This document shows, piece by piece, positions 48,601 through 62,700 of a stretch of DNA of 64,000 bases (the first letter of the stretch is position 1; each line of letters starts with the position of its first letter). The stretch spans positions 495,844-559,843 of the forward strand of contig MU053574.1 in the NCBI GenBank assembly GCA_013239625.1. Direction: 5' to 3'. The notes beneath the pieces are model-generated. The model was given only the letters and a program-made list of their open reading frames with translations. It did no database searches and had not been told where the DNA came from. A program made the translations under genes and the position numbers. The stretch is from Lama guanicoe. Lineage: Eukaryota.

Positions 48601-51600
48601 ATTAACAACCTGACACCCCGGTGCCATCCTGCCATCCATGCTGACCAGCGTGGGGCGGGGCCACCATCACAGCACAGCCCTGCGCAAACAGCATGTCATG
48701 GGAATCACCTTGGTGTCAGGCAGTATATCTAGATGAGCTGGACCCGGTCTCCCGGGACTGACCTCGTGTGTGTACCTTTTACAGCTCACGGGAGACGGGA
48801 GATGACCAGATTGGATAAGCTAAGATCTGGGGGCCCAGAAGCGGAAAGAAGCTTGGCCCCGCCCCGGGAGATCACTGGGGACAATTTCTCAGATCACACG
48901 GTATATGATGCAGCAAGTGAGGGGTGAGCTGAATTTTTCTGGCAGTGACGTGGAAGGGGCATTCCCGGAAACGTGGATCCTGGGACCAAGCAGAGGATAA
49001 GACACACGCAGAAGGGGCACAGAGGAGACGGGCCTGAGTGTCCCAAGGGAAGTGTAATAGGCCGTGGGGATTCCGAGGAGGGAGCAGTTCCTCTGCCCGC
49101 CAGGCTCAGGGCAGACTTCCCTGGAGAGGCGGCGTTCGAGAAGGACTTGGAAAGCTGAACAGAGAGAGATGGGGCAGCGTTTCACAGTGTGTGGCAAGAT
49201 GACAAAAAACACGAACAGGAGACATGGGCAGCAGAAAATGGTCCAGCCACCTGGGGGAAAGACGGGTAGTGGGGCCAGACCGTGCCAGGCTGTCTCCCTT
49301 AGGGACACAGGGACGGCTGGGAGACAACGGTGGTGGGGCAATCTGTAATGTGGTTTAGGAAAGTTCGACTGAAACTGAGTACAGCAGAGACTGGAAGGGC
49401 GAGCAGGAGGTGGGGGTCCCCCAGGAGCCTGGCTCTGCCCTCCAGGTGGGAGGTGACAAGATCTGAGCCAAGAGGGCAGCTGTCAGGACCGTGCTGACTC
49501 AGTGTCCATGCGAGATGTTTGAGCCATTCTGTCTCAAGTGTCTCCAAAGGTGAGTCGATATATAGAAAGGTGCTGGCTGAATTTCACACGGATTCTGTAT
49601 TCTTCCTGCTCCTAAATGAACCCACATCCCTGACCAACTCGCCTGGATTTCTCCCTTGACTGGGGCATGCCAGATGAGCAAGTACTAAAAAAGTGAAGCT
49701 CCAAAGCAGGCCCCCTCCCCGCGCCAGCATCCCCTCCGCGGGGAGCCTGGAGCCAGCCTGGGGTCCTGCGGTGTTCCCCACTGCAGATCAGCCTTAGAAC
49801 AAGGATTAAATATGTGTACTGGCCCAGATTTTCCTCTTCCCCACGACGCGTGACGGCCAGGCTGGGCACTCCCAGATACCTGGGGCATCAGAATATCAGA
49901 AAAGTCTGATTTTTAAAGCCTAGGAAACAAGCCTCAAAGGAGACTTCCAATATTGTCTTGAAATCTTGAAATGCAGTTCCTCCCCCATCAAAGACCTCCG
50001 GCTCAGTTAAGGCCGCCGGCCAGTAGCGAAAGTCTTCTTCTACCAAATCATCCCCGTTCCAACAATAAAATAGTTAAAAGCTTTGTCTAAAAGGATGTGC
50101 TTTCTTAATGTAAAACAATCTCAGAAGGACAGAGCATCTTTCCTATTCTACACCCCAGAATTCCCCTTAGAAATCAAATATAATCCTCTTTAAGAAGCTT
50201 TAAATAATTTTGAGCTTTCTTATTGACTTATTAAAATGCAGCTTAAAACACGTCTTCCATGCAATCCTTTTACAAGGGTCAGGGATATGAAGTTTGAAGA
50301 AATACGATTATTAGATCAGTTGGAAAGACTTAAGTACTCACGTGCAATTTTGACTATTTCTGAGGAAACTTCCCTGAGCCTTTCTGATACCCCCAGCAGC
50401 CTGTTCTGGGACAGGGGTGCACTGTGCCTGCCCGCCCACGTTTTGCTAACTCGGTGATTCCCTACAGCTTCCCGGAGCAGGAAAATCTGCTGCCACCACC
50501 CTGCTCACGTTTCCCCCGCAGCGCATCCCTGGCTGCTTCATCTGCAAGCCTCCCTCTGGTCCTAATGACTAAACATCCTCAGAAATCCCTTTGTTAAGAG
50601 CTTCAAAGGGCTTAGAACATTCCAAGGGTGGGCTTTGATCCCTGGCATCCTTGAGCAAAATGAACCAACAGGGTCTTGATGCACCACGAACCATCGCATT
50701 TATCCCTCGTCACTAAAGTGATGCCCCTTCCTGGGATGAGTGGAGTCAGAGCCACAGATCACTAATTCTCATGTTTGAATGAATGAGTGAATGAATGAAC
50801 AGGTGAGCGAATGAAAGCGTGCATGCACACGGCCTTCCGAAGCCCAACAGAAGGCCACACAGAACAGGGGTGAGGAGAACCACGCTCCTCCAGGGAAAGG
50901 CTCCTGCTGGACCACGGGCACTCCCTGCTTAAATGAAAGATGCTGACCGATCTTAAGATGCACATTGAACTTTGTTTTTAACCAAGCAAGATTTTTGTCA
51001 GTGTAAATCCTTACCAGAAACAAAGCCCTGTTCTACAACATACTTCTACATGTCGGACAGGTTTTGACTAGGGTTTGGCAGAAGAGGAGTGGATGTGGTT
51101 GATAGGACGTCGGGGTCCAGCAATCCGAGAGGGACGGTGCCAGGTTCTGTCACAACTAGGACCTGGGCACCAGTGCCGGGGAAGGCTCCCGAGACATGTC
51201 CATGGATTGTTTAGTTTCCACACATCTAGTTTGGCCTGGAGTTGCTCTCTCTGGATACAGGAAGTCATCCCCACAGGCAGACCATTTTGGAGTTCAGTGT
51301 GCAGGTGTGGGAGCCGTGACTACCTGCCTGGGCTGAAACCCAAGCTCTGTTATTCACCAGCTGGACAGCCTCGAGCAGGCGCCTTCACCCTCGTTGGCCC
51401 CAGTCTCCCCAGCTGTAAAACGGGGAAGCCAAATGGTAACTGTCTCCGAGGGTTCTTAGGAGAATCAGAGAAGAGGGCGCCCCTCGAAAATCAGGCAGAA
51501 CCCGGTGAAGTGGCTGGTTCTGTGGGTCCAAACCGGAAAACACTGGCGCTCTCCTGTGCTTCGTCCCAACACCTCGCCCAGGACCAGTGTGACCGGAACA

Positions 51601-51949
51601 CGCTCTGTCAGGTCTAAGTGCGCCCAGTGCTGGTCGCGTGGGTACCTGCGCTGCAGCTTGTCGGTTTCATTCCCTGATAAGGAGCCACGCAAATAACCTC
51701 CTAAGTAACCGGTCGTCTCATCACAGACGCCTCCCCGAGCGCCGTCACTTACACGTACCTGCAGCCAGTAGCTAACGGCAGGTCAGTGCCAGGCACCGTG
51801 CTTGGTTCTGGGGACACTGAACGAGAGACGCGACTCTTGCCCTCCCCCCGAAAAGCCCTGGTAACTTGCTGACGGACAGAAACAAGGGAACAGGTGGTCC
51901 GGGACAGGCCACAGCAGCCGTGATAGGGGTCTGCTCAGGTCCTGGGCTC

Positions 51950-52188
51950 CCCTGCCAGACTTAGCAATAAAAAATGCAGGACACCCACAGGTAAATTTAG
52001 ATTACAAATAGATTAATTAATTAATTAATTTAAATTTCAGAGTAACAACGAAGAACTTTTTTTAGTATAAACACATCCCAAATATTTCCCAGGGCATATT
52101 TATTACTGCATGGGACATTCTTATTATTCATTGGTTACCTGAAATTCAATTTCAGCTGGACATCTTATAGTCTATCTGGTGGTCCTAG
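51950..52188. mobile_element. MER53-like hAT MITE
   Basis: gccagacttagcaataaaaaatgcaggacaccc...aatttcaga.taacaacgaa...ctgaaattcaattt...tatctgg..gtccta, with internal inverted symmetry. Confidence 0.65.
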
Positions 52189-52312
52189 CCAGGTAGGAAT
52201 CCCAGTTCATCCCCAGATGGGGGCCAAAGGCTGTTGTCATCCTTATCAGAAATCACTCTGGAATCGAGCAGTGACCCCTGGCACATTACCAAGTGACCGG
52301 GGTCCACATTCA

Positions 52313-52818
52313 TCACAGTCCATTTGGGCTGCTGTGACGGAACACCATGGCTTGGGTGGCTTCGACAACAGACGTCTGTTTATCAGCTTTCTGGAGGCTA
52401 AGTCCAAGGTCAAGGCTCTGGCGGATTCCGTGTCTGGTGAGACCCACTTCTGGTTTCAGACGGCCAACTTCTCACTGTGTCCTCATATGACAGAAAGGAC
52501 GAGGCAGCTCTCTGCATTCCCTTTCAATTTTGTTTTTGTTTTTGTTTTGAAGGGGAGGTAATTAAGTTTATTTTTTTGATGGAGGTACCGGGGATTGAAC
52601 CTGGGACCTCGTGCATGCCAAACACGTGCTCTACCACCGTGCTATACTCTCCCCCACTCTGGAGTCCCTTTTATAAGGGCACTGATCCCATTCGTGAGGG
52701 CTCCTACCTCATGACCTAATCACCACCAAAGGCCCCCACCTCCTAATACCGTCACTTCAGGGAGTAGGTTACAATATACAAATTTGTTGGGGGGAAACAA
52801 ACATTCAGTCCATTGCAA
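52313..52818 (-). mobile_element. MLT1A-like LTR (antisense) containing a SINE
   Basis: gtccatttgggctgct...ctggaggctaagtccaaggtcaagg...ataagggcactgatcccatt...aaacattcagtccattgca. Confidence 0.8.
52528..52655 (-). mobile_element. vic-1-type SINE nested in a MaLR LTR
   Basis: Consensus body. Degenerate TSD ctctg(c/g)a(t/g)tcccttt. The LTR continues on both sides. Confidence 0.85.
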
Positions 52819-53926
52819 TGTATCTTTCAGGTAAAAATCATGCTCCTCTTAAAACAGATGCCCCTATTAAAAAAACAAAACAAAACAAAACAGCCGTGAT
52901 AGCTGCGCTAGCTGTAACCTGGGCTGGGCGGGTCTCCCAGCACCAACCTGCCTGATCATGTCTTTAACATAACGTAAAAATATCCCAAAGTGGAGGAAAC
53001 GTGGGACTCCAGGAAGTGGTGTTAGAAGTCTGATGGAGTGACTGGTGGACCCTGAGTAAGGCCTGTGGATGGAAACAATGCCAGTTTCCCGGTTTTGATT
53101 TCATTAGTTAAGATGTGGCTGTTGTGGGGAGCTGGGTGAAAGGTACCAGGGACCTCTCTGTGCCGTTTTTGCAACTTCTTATGAGTTTATAATTTATTTC
53201 AAAATTAAAAGTTAAAAAAAAAAGACAGAGCCAGTGAAATACCCTCATAAAAGAGAACGTCGCTGCCAATATAGGGTTGAATGGACTTTGCAAATGACTC
53301 TCATTTTCTGGGAAACACGGATGTGCCTCTATGTCCCCTCACGTCCTCCCCTGCCCCTGTTCAGCTGCCGTGGTATTTTCCTTCATTATGCCAGCGCCTC
53401 AGAAGTAAACCTCTCTAATTTTCTACACCACAGCTATTTATTTAAATGCTAACTCGCATTATGAAGTGATAATCCACACGCGCAGGAGATAATTTATGAA
53501 GCATTTAAATTAAGAGGAGCAGCTAATTGGGAGCATGTGTCTTATAAGCCTTGCTAACACCAGAAAACTACAAATTAGGGGGGAAATGGAAGATATTTTT
53601 ATCTTGCTTTTATCTTCTTTTGGAAGGCACTTGGAGGCAAAAACCACCTCCGTGCTCACCCGCGCTGGTCCCCAGCCCTCTCGTGGCTGGTGCCCCAGCC
53701 CCGGCGTTCGCTCGGGCTGCTGACAGAGACCCCCTTCCACCCAGGCAAGCGGTGGGTTTTCCCCACCACGCTTGCTCTAACAAGGGAGCATTTTTTTTTC
53801 CTTTGAAAGCCTCTCAGCTGCATTACAAAGATGCAGGTGGCGAAGACTGGTATGTGTGTGGCATTGACCCCTGATTGGAGGAGAGAGGAAATTTGGGGAA
53901 GGGGAAGATCAAAACAAAATACGATG

Positions 53927-54058
53927 GCGGGGAGGGTAGAGCATGTGCTTAGCACACATGAGGTCCTAGGTTCAATCCCCAGTACCTCCATTTAAAAAAA
54001 AAATTAAATAACTAAATAAACCTAATTACCCACTCCCCCCCAGGAAAAAAAAAAGAAA
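53927..54058 (+). mobile_element. vic-1-type SINE lacking most of the A box
   Basis: ggggagggta|gagcatgtgcttagc...ggttcaatccccagtacctcca. TSD aaaata(c/t)gatg at 53916-53926 and 54059-54069. Confidence 0.9.
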
Positions 54059-54732
54059 AAAATATGATGCAATTTATAATTATTTCAGTTCTTCCATTTG
54101 GAAAAGGGCTGCCTGGTTTATGCACACTGGCTGAGAGCTCAATTTGAACAGACAGGGCGCTGTGTATGCTGGTGAGATCATTCACTCATTCTTTCAAAAG
54201 ATTTTCATGAACACCTACCATGTGAAAGGCACCAGGGGTAGAGCAATGAGCAAAAGGGACGTCATGGTTCTTGGCTGCTTGACAGTTACGTTGTAACCAG
54301 AGAGGTGGCTATGACAGGATGAAGCATCCAATTACCCCCTTGGTGAAGAAAAAGGAAGACTGATATTGAAGTGTGTGGAGGGGGCTGTGCTCTGGTCTGG
54401 GTTGGTCAGGGAAGGCCTCCCAAGGGAAAGACATTTTTCAATTGAGACCTGAAGGGTGAGGAATAGCTGGGTGAGAATGAGCTGGGTATGGGCAGGGGCT
54501 GGCAGGGCAGGGGACACGGAGCCCCTGCTTTCCCAGTCCCAGGGAGGCACGATCTGGGACAGGTCGGGCTATGGTCCATTCTAGGGGCTGGTTCCGAGGC
54601 AGTAGGAGCCTTTGAAGGCTTTTGAGCAGAAGGAGAAGGGTGACCTCATCATATCTGCATTTGCTGTGTGACTCTTAACCCAGAACACTTAGACACGCAC
54701 AGAGCTTTTAAAAGGATGCTCTCCTGTCCCTC

Positions 54733-55450
54733 CTCACACCCGTTAGGGTGGCTACTATTCAAGAAAGAAAGGAAAGAAAAAAATAAGTGTTGGTGAAGAT
54801 GTGGAGAAATGGGAACCCTTGTGCGCTGCTGGTGAGAATGTAAAATGGTACAGTCATTATTGAAAATAGTACAGAGGGTCCTTAAAAAACTAAAAATAGA
54901 ATTACCATAGGGTCCAGCAACTCCACTTCTATATATATCTCTCCAGAAGAATTGAAAACAGGGTCTTGAAGAGATATTTGCACACCTGTGCTCATAGCAG
55001 CATTATTCACAATAACTAAAACATGGTAGCCACCACGGATCAATGACTGGATAAACAAAACGTGATATATACATATCAATGGAATATTATTCAGCCTTAA
55101 AAAGGAAGGCAGTCCTGACACCTGCTACAATATAGATGAACCTGGAAGACGTTATGCTGAGTGAAATAAGCCAGACGTAGAAGGACAAATATTGTCTGAT
55201 TCCACTCACGTGAGACCCTGGAGTAGTCAAGTTCCTAGAGACGGAGAGTGGAATGGTGGGTGCCGGAGGGCGGCTTGGGGAGCTGTTTACCCCGTACAGT
55301 TTCAGTTTTGCAAGATGGAGAGCGTTCTGGGGATGGACGGTGGTGATGGTTGCAGAACAACATAAATGTACTTAACGCCATTAAACGTACACTTAAAAGT
55401 GGTGAAGCTGATAAATGTTACATTATGTGTACTTCACAATTAAAAAAAAT
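54733..55450 (+). mobile_element. L1MA/MB-like 3' end
   Basis: gatgtggagaaatgggaacccttgtgc...atttgcacacc...tcatagcagcattattcacaata...ggaatattattcagccttaaaaaggaagg...acacttaaaa. Confidence 0.85.
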
Positions 55451-58400
55451 AGGATGTTCCCAGCCTTGGGACACTTGGCTGTGACGAATGTCATTGGTTC
55501 ATCTGAACTGAAGAATTAGAGCTGGTGGGAGCCCAGGGTGGTTTCTCCCGGCCCCTTCCACTGCGCACATCCTTGGGGGGTGATCGCACAGGCCTCTGGA
55601 AGAGGCCCCAAGGGTGTGGCGGACGGGGGTCCATATGCTCTTGAAGGACAAAAATAGCTCATCAGGGCCCCTCTCGGTCAGGTGTCCCCATGCCAATGCT
55701 GTCTTTCTTTCCTGGGGGCCTGATAATGCCGGAAATTGCTCAACCAGTCTGGAGAGCAATTTGACACTGATTATCTGGCCTCTGGCTTTGCAGAATGTTC
55801 CTGTCTTCTGCCCATGAGTTCCAGGAACTGCACAGCCTCCTTGGACTCGGTTTACAGGTGTGCCTGGCTCCACACAGGAGAGACACCGACCTTTGACCCA
55901 CAGGTGCTTGAATGTGTGTAAATCAAATGGTTGTCTGCAGGCATCCCAGGACAGGAGCTGCGGGGACTGTAAAGCAGGCATGCTCAATGACCCAGCCGCC
56001 CGTTAGAAGAGTCTGGGGGCTTTTAAAAAGTGCTAATGTCTGGGTCCCAGCCCTACATCGTCCGCAGCCAAGAATGCTTTGTAATCTAATTTATAACCCC
56101 ATTACTTCTGGAGTTTGCAAATGCAAATGGTATTCATATCAGCTAAGCAGGGGCTGAGGCAGACGGGATGTCCTGAGGTCTCCAGTGAGGCCCCTCCTCC
56201 CTCCTGCCCAGTCCGCTCAATGCCTCATTCTCAACTGCTTTTTTTTTTTTGTCTCTTGTTTCTATGTCTCCTCCTGCCCTCACTCAGTTCATCCTGCTTG
56301 TTTCTAAAAACTAACAACTCCCCCATCCCCCTCAATTAAAACAAACAAACAAACAAAAACCCTAACAGGTTCCAGGACCTGCCGGAGCAAGTGGCAAAGA
56401 AGTTGCCCGTTCGGCCCTAGGGCCCAGAGGCAGCGTTTGGCAAGATCCGGGGACCTTTTAGAAAACATTGTGGGTAGCCTATTTTAAGTAATTCTCACTT
56501 ATTGTAGAAATCAAGCAATCAGATGTGTGTAAGGGCAAAGTAAACAGTCTCCTGTCCCCAGTCCCACCCACGCAAGTCTCCAGTTTCCTCCTTCGTAAAA
56601 AGGGGGGGGGGGCGGTGAGAGGGTTCCTGGGGAAACGGCCGCGGAGGCTGAGCCTGGGCTCTGGCCCGGGGTAGACATCCAGTTAACAGTACCAATCAGT
56701 CTGTTAGCTGGTGATGGAAAAGCAGCGAGTCTCCTTTAAATGTGAAATTATAAACCATTTGTGTTGGCTTTAGGTACCATTTCTTGACAAATACTTGAAA
56801 GCTTTTATTGTTAGTAAATAGGAGAGGCGTCTTCCCTGCGGAGACGTTCACTGTTCGCAGGCTGTTATTTGGCATTCGATAAACCCACCTCTGTCTGTGA
56901 CCACCCCCCAGACCCAAACTGAGATTAGGAAGTCTCAGGATTAGGGATTCCTCGCCCCGGGTCCCTTGGAGTAGAATCTGCTCATGTCTGTGCATCTAAG
57001 GCCGAGTCTGTTGCCCTTCTACGCCAAGCCTCCTTCCCATCGGCAGCGCCATTTGCAGACGGCCGGGACCACATCTGTCCTCAGGCCTGACTCCACATTT
57101 CCCTCCAGGGACCACATTTCCTGGGGGATGCGACTCTTCTGGAGGCCCCTGGTGGGGCGGGCTGAATGGAAGAAGGCGTCACTTCCGTCTGTCTGCCACC
57201 AGCTCCGACGGCCCCTCCCTCCCTCCCTCTTTGCATCGTTAGGCTGGTGCCCCCTCTCCTCCTGGGTCACTAGGGTTCTTCTATTGAGGCCACGCCCCCT
57301 CTTCTCCTGTGAGTAACTTCCTCCCGGGAAAGACCAGCTGGTTGTCCAGGGCGGTGGTCCGGGGACACTGCGCTTCCACCCTCATGCAGCAGTCAGTTGC
57401 AGCTTCCTGCCTGCCGGGGAGCTAGCTCCTTGAAGACGCGCCTGGGTCTTTGTTGCGGCACCAGGAACAATGTCTGGCACCTAGTGGGTGCTCCGAAACT
57501 CAGTGTGTTCAGTGTTGTGAAACACCGGTTCTGAGTCTATTGTTCCAGGGTGGGGGGGGAGGGTGCGGGAGGGGCGGGGAAGCAGGCAAGCCGCACATGC
57601 GCAGAGAAGGTAGCTGCCTGGGGGTGGAGTGGCAGGTGGCACTCAGGTGCTGTGTGACAAAGTGCACGCTGGCCAATCTTTGAGAAGGGCAATTTTCAGC
57701 ACCTGTGACTTCTTTACCTATGAGCACCCTTTGGTCCAGCGCCTCCCCGGCTAAGATCTAACCTACAGAAATACTTGCACATATTTACCAACACGTTCTT
57801 GCGGGGTGATTTTAGGACATTGAAAAACTGAGCATGATGGTAGAGGGTTGGGGACGGGGAGCTGGAGGGGGTGGGGCCTGCAGACTTTATGGTCCATCCA
57901 GGGAATGAGAAGCATCTTTGCAAAAGGACCAAGTGCCACAAAAAGATGTCCCAATCCTGGCACTGAGAAAAAGAAACACCCATTTGTGGAAAAACAGAAC
58001 ACAAACGGAAAGGGTAGGAACACGTGCAGACAAGTAAGTGTTTTCTGGACTCCCTCCCAGGAGACATCCCCCGGGGACCACCCCTAGGAAGCAGGGCTGG
58101 GTTTCTTCTCTCCCTCCCAGGGGCACCCCCTCCAGTCCTGCCGCTCCAGTACTGAGATTTGTAAACAAGGCCGCACACTAAAGCAGCCACTCCCTCCAGG
58201 GAACCAGGACACCGGCTGTGCGACAGTTACTAATCGCCACCTCTCTGGGCCTCTTTCTTCTCTCCCGCAGAACGAAGGAGCAAAGATGTCCCATAAACAG
58301 ACATTAGGTGCCCACCATGTGCCAGGGACCACAGAGCCCTCTCTGGATTTCCCTAACTTCGCCTTCTTAACGTTTGCAGGGAAAATTAGAAAGGACCCTT

Positions 58401-59324
58401 GGGGCTTTTAAAAAATGCTTACTGCTTTCTCAAGGACGTAGGCCCTGGAGCAGAGACAGGGAGAAACTGCAGGCACTCTGCGACAGCGGGTGAAGCGGCC
58501 CCACAGAGGCTGGCGCTGGGCCCACGCAGGGAGCCTGCCTCTTTAACAAAGCACCGCCTGCACACACCAGTAATTGCCTTGTTATGGCCATCGGTGTCAT
58601 CGCTCATCGGCCGGTCCTGGGATGGGCCCGGGGGAGCAGTTCTACCTTTGCTAAACCAATATCCCCCACGACAACCCCCTGCGGTCTTCCCTTTGCCGTC
58701 CCAGCAGAATAAATCCTCCGCTGCTCTTTGCTGAATGATCATGAAGACATGATTAAAGCTCTAGATTTATAGCTTCCTTGGGCTGGAGAAATCCAGCTGC
58801 TCTCGCTGCTAGGGCCTGCCCCCGTGGCTGCTGGGGACGGGGAGCCGGGAAACGGAAGTGGTCCCCGAGCCGGGGGGAGGCTGCCGAGGCAGACGCAATT
58901 AACATGTTAGCCAAACGGCAGCAGGCATCCCTGGATGGACCGCAGGGCCTCTCACTCATCCTGCCAGCAGGGACAGAGGCAGGCAAGTGTGCCCTGAAGC
59001 AGGGCATGTCCTAGACCGCACATCTCCTCCAACGTGTGGGCTCTGTCTGACCTGGACACAGCTGGCCCTTCGCCCACGTTCCCGCTGGCATGTCCTACCT
59101 GCAAGCAACCTCCTTGCACACGGTCACTTTTTTGAGCATCGTCCAAGCGTATGTGGCCTGCTCCTCATTAGAAATGCCTGTGACCAGGAGTGCAGATTTC
59201 GGCGGAGATCAGCGGCTGTGTGTTTGGTTACCACTGCTGCTGGTCTGAAGGCCTGGTCTTCATTCAGCATCTCACATGCCAGACACAGGGCTGAGGGTTT
59301 TATGTCAGAGAACTTTCACACATT

Positions 59325-59756
59325 TTTTTTTAAATTAATACTATTTTTACCGAGGTGAAAAATCACATAACATAAAACTGACTGTTTTAAGATGCACACT
59401 TTGTGGCATTTAGGACCTTCACAACGTTGCACAGCCACTACCTCTTTCGGGTACCAAAACTTTTTCATCACTCTGAAAGAAAATGGATACGATTAAGCAC
59501 TCACTCTCCACTGTCCCACCTCCCCAGCCCCAGGCAACCATTAATCTGCTTTCAGTCTCTGTGGATTTACATATTCTAGATATTTCACGTAAATGGAAAC
59601 ACCCAATATGTGGCCTTTTGTGTCTGGCTCCTTTCACTTAGCATCGTGTGATGAGGCTCAGCTACCTCACGTGTCAGCGTTTCGTGCTGTTTATGGCTGT
59701 AGAATATTCCACGGCCTGGCTGTACTATGTTTTGTAGATTCATTCATCTGTTGATG
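59325..59756 (-). mobile_element. L1MB-like 3' end (antisense)
   Basis: tcacataacataaaa...ttgcacagccact...ccccaggcaaccattaatctgcttt..gtctctgtggattt...tgtctggctcctttcacttagcat. Confidence 0.8.
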
Positions 59757-62700
59757 CACGTGCATATGTTTCTGAAGCAGGTGCTATTACCATTTGCACT
59801 CTACAGAGGAGGAAACGAGGTTCCGGAAGGTCAGGTCAATATCCAACACCCCAAAACTCATAAAGTGAAGGAGCCCCGGCGTAGCCAGGCATTCCGACCA
59901 CTGGGCTGCTTAGGAGGTAGGAGAGGAGCTGGGATAAAAGCCGTGGCAGAGGAGGAGCGCCGGAAGCAGGATGTGGTGACTTTCGGCAGAATCCGGCACA
60001 TCCAGGAAAGCTCTTCAATTCACTTTCAGGGGGTCGGTCAGTAACCCTACTGATTACGAAACCCTGCAGGGTATGGTGTGCACTGCACTGAATGATATTT
60101 TAAGACCTGGACAATCAGGAGTGGTTTCTTAAGATGTTCAACCCACACACACACAGTCCATCCATCCATCCAGGCTAGGTTAGATGCACGGAGATAAATT
60201 AGACAATCTCAGAGTTGTAAACTGAGCTGCAACTGAGAACCCATGTCCCAGTTTCCGCTTTTACCCCAAAGGAAGTCTTCCTCCCTGAGCTGGTCTGGTT
60301 ATCAACTCCCTGAGTGTCTTCTCCCCTGGTTGTGCTTAGGGGAAAGAGTGTGACTTCAGAAGGGTTCAGTCATTTCATGGTTTTTCTCACCGTACTTTTA
60401 TCCCCTTGTACACATCTCTGTCCGTTCTCGGTGCTAGCCTACTTAGAAGAGCAGGTGCCAGTCCCACAAAAGACACAACCCCGAGAAGGCTTCCTCTCTG
60501 TCTGTCTACATCTGTGCTGCCTAAGACGACAGCCACAGGTCACAGTGCTACTTAGATTTTTTTTTTAATAATTTAAAATTTTGTCTTCAGTCGCACTAGT
60601 CAGATTTCAAGTGCTCAGTGTGCCCTGGGGGTGGCGGTGAGCCTACTGGGCAGAGAGGAGACAGGATGGACGCTTCCATCGCCTCCGAAGGTTCCACTGG
60701 GCAGTGCTGGGCTACAAACGCCAAACCGCCAGGGGTTGTTCTCCGTTCCACCCCGACCTGAGTGGGCCTGACCCTTGAAAGGAAATCGACATTTTCTTCT
60801 GCTGAGTAAAGATCATCGTCAGGGTAGTACGTGCCTCCACAGGCAAGACAGACTGAATGGATGAGCAGTGAGAGGAGGACAGAGCCTGGTGCCCGGTGTG
60901 GCGGAGGGAGGGGCCGAGTTGGGACCCGCTGATCCGGCCCCGGCCCCGGCCCCCTGCAGGTAAAAAAAGGTGGAGAGGCCTGCTGGCCAGGGAGACAATC
61001 AGTGTCCCTGAGAATGTGGCTGCGGGGCTGTAAACATTGTGAGCAGGATGCGGCCCTCCAAGGGCCCAGGGACGCGCCTAGCTCCCCTATGGCAGGATCC
61101 TTTACGTTCTGATTTAAGGCCCGGCAGGATGTTCATGGCTGTGCCTGGGTCTCACACGCACAGCACCGCCGCTCTGAGTCGGGAGGAAACCCACACCTCA
61201 AGCCCAGCGCTTCTCTGCTGCCCTAAGCTGCAGAGAAAATGGGCCCATAAAACATGACGAGGGAGGCCGGGGCCTTGGGAAGGAAGCGGTGGGGCTGTCA
61301 GACGCCTTAGTGTGCCAGCGAGGGCTGGGCCCGGCAGCCCCGGCCCACCAGGTGCAGCAGGCCACACGCACGGACTGGTTTATGGCAGAGAAAAGAGAGA
61401 TGGCTTTGGAGCTGGTTTTATCCAAGGCAGAATCCAGAGGAAACCATGCCCCCTTCTTTATGCTCCTTCCCTGAGTTTGCGCTCCCCTTCCCTTCCCGCC
61501 TCTGCTTCCCTGAGAGCAAGCAGGAGCAGTTTGTTTTCGACTGCCGGAGGAGGCTTGAAATATTACAAAGGTGGCGTGTGGAACGCTCCCCGCGGCCCTG
61601 CCCCGATGGCACGCGCACAGACATAAAAAGCAAATACCATCAGTAACCCGTCGCCAGAACCCAGCAATGAGCCGAGAGTTTTTCTCCCTGCCGGGGCTGT
61701 TAGCGGCGATGTATTTCTCCCTGCACTAAGCACCATCTTTCCCAAGGCTGCATTACAATGATTTATAAACCCCATTTCTGGGGGAAACGAATAGATCAAA
61801 GTGAGGAGAAAGAGAAGGAGACGCGAGCAGCTGGAGGAGGATATTGAAGCCTGAAACAAAAACACAAATGAAAAACTAGGCAGTGACACGACTGAGCTGC
61901 TCCTCGCTGCACTCTGATATCAGAGAAAAATAATAGCCAAATCTCGATTTTAATCCTCTTCTCCCCTTTATAAGATGCGGCTTCCTGTCAGTTACTGGGA
62001 CTCTGAGCCGTCGACGGGCTCGCGTGGGAACGGGCTGCCCAGGATGGCCCGGGGTGGAGGGCTCTGCCCAGGGGGTGCTCAGACCCCAGCCACATCCTCT
62101 CCTTCGTCACTTTCGGGGGAGACTCGTTCGAGGGGCTCGGTGGACTCCTGAGTAAATAGTAGGACAGCCCTTTGTTGCCTTCACAAGGGGGGGTGCTCAG
62201 CAGTGCGATGTGGTCCAGGGACCACCTTTTAAAAATCTCCAGCTGGATCAGAAGCCTCTTCCCATCGTCTCCCAGTTGCCTGTTGCCCAGACTGAACAGT
62301 TTCTTTGAACTGCTGGTGACCATGAGGACGAGAGGGAGTAGAAACAGACTCGGGGCCCAGCGTGTCAGCACGACCACTGTGACAGATGCCCCTCTGGAAA
62401 TCTCAGTTAGACTTTGCACCTGTGCTTGGCCATCAGTGTGAATGAGTGCAGAGACGCGGAATTAGCTGAGGACAGGGCACGGATGGGAACAGGCACCCGT
62501 GGGGGGAGGAGGGAAGGAGATCTCAGGATGGGGTGAGACCGGGCTGCCAAGAGGGGGCGCCCTTTGAAATGGGTCTTAAAGGAAGGATGGCAGCTGCTGT
62601 GGACGGGACCCCTCCTCAGTCATCCGTTCGGAGCAGCCTTCCCTGCCCCTTGCTCAGCTGTTTACAGCAAGAAACATTACTCAAAGGTAGGACGTATTGC

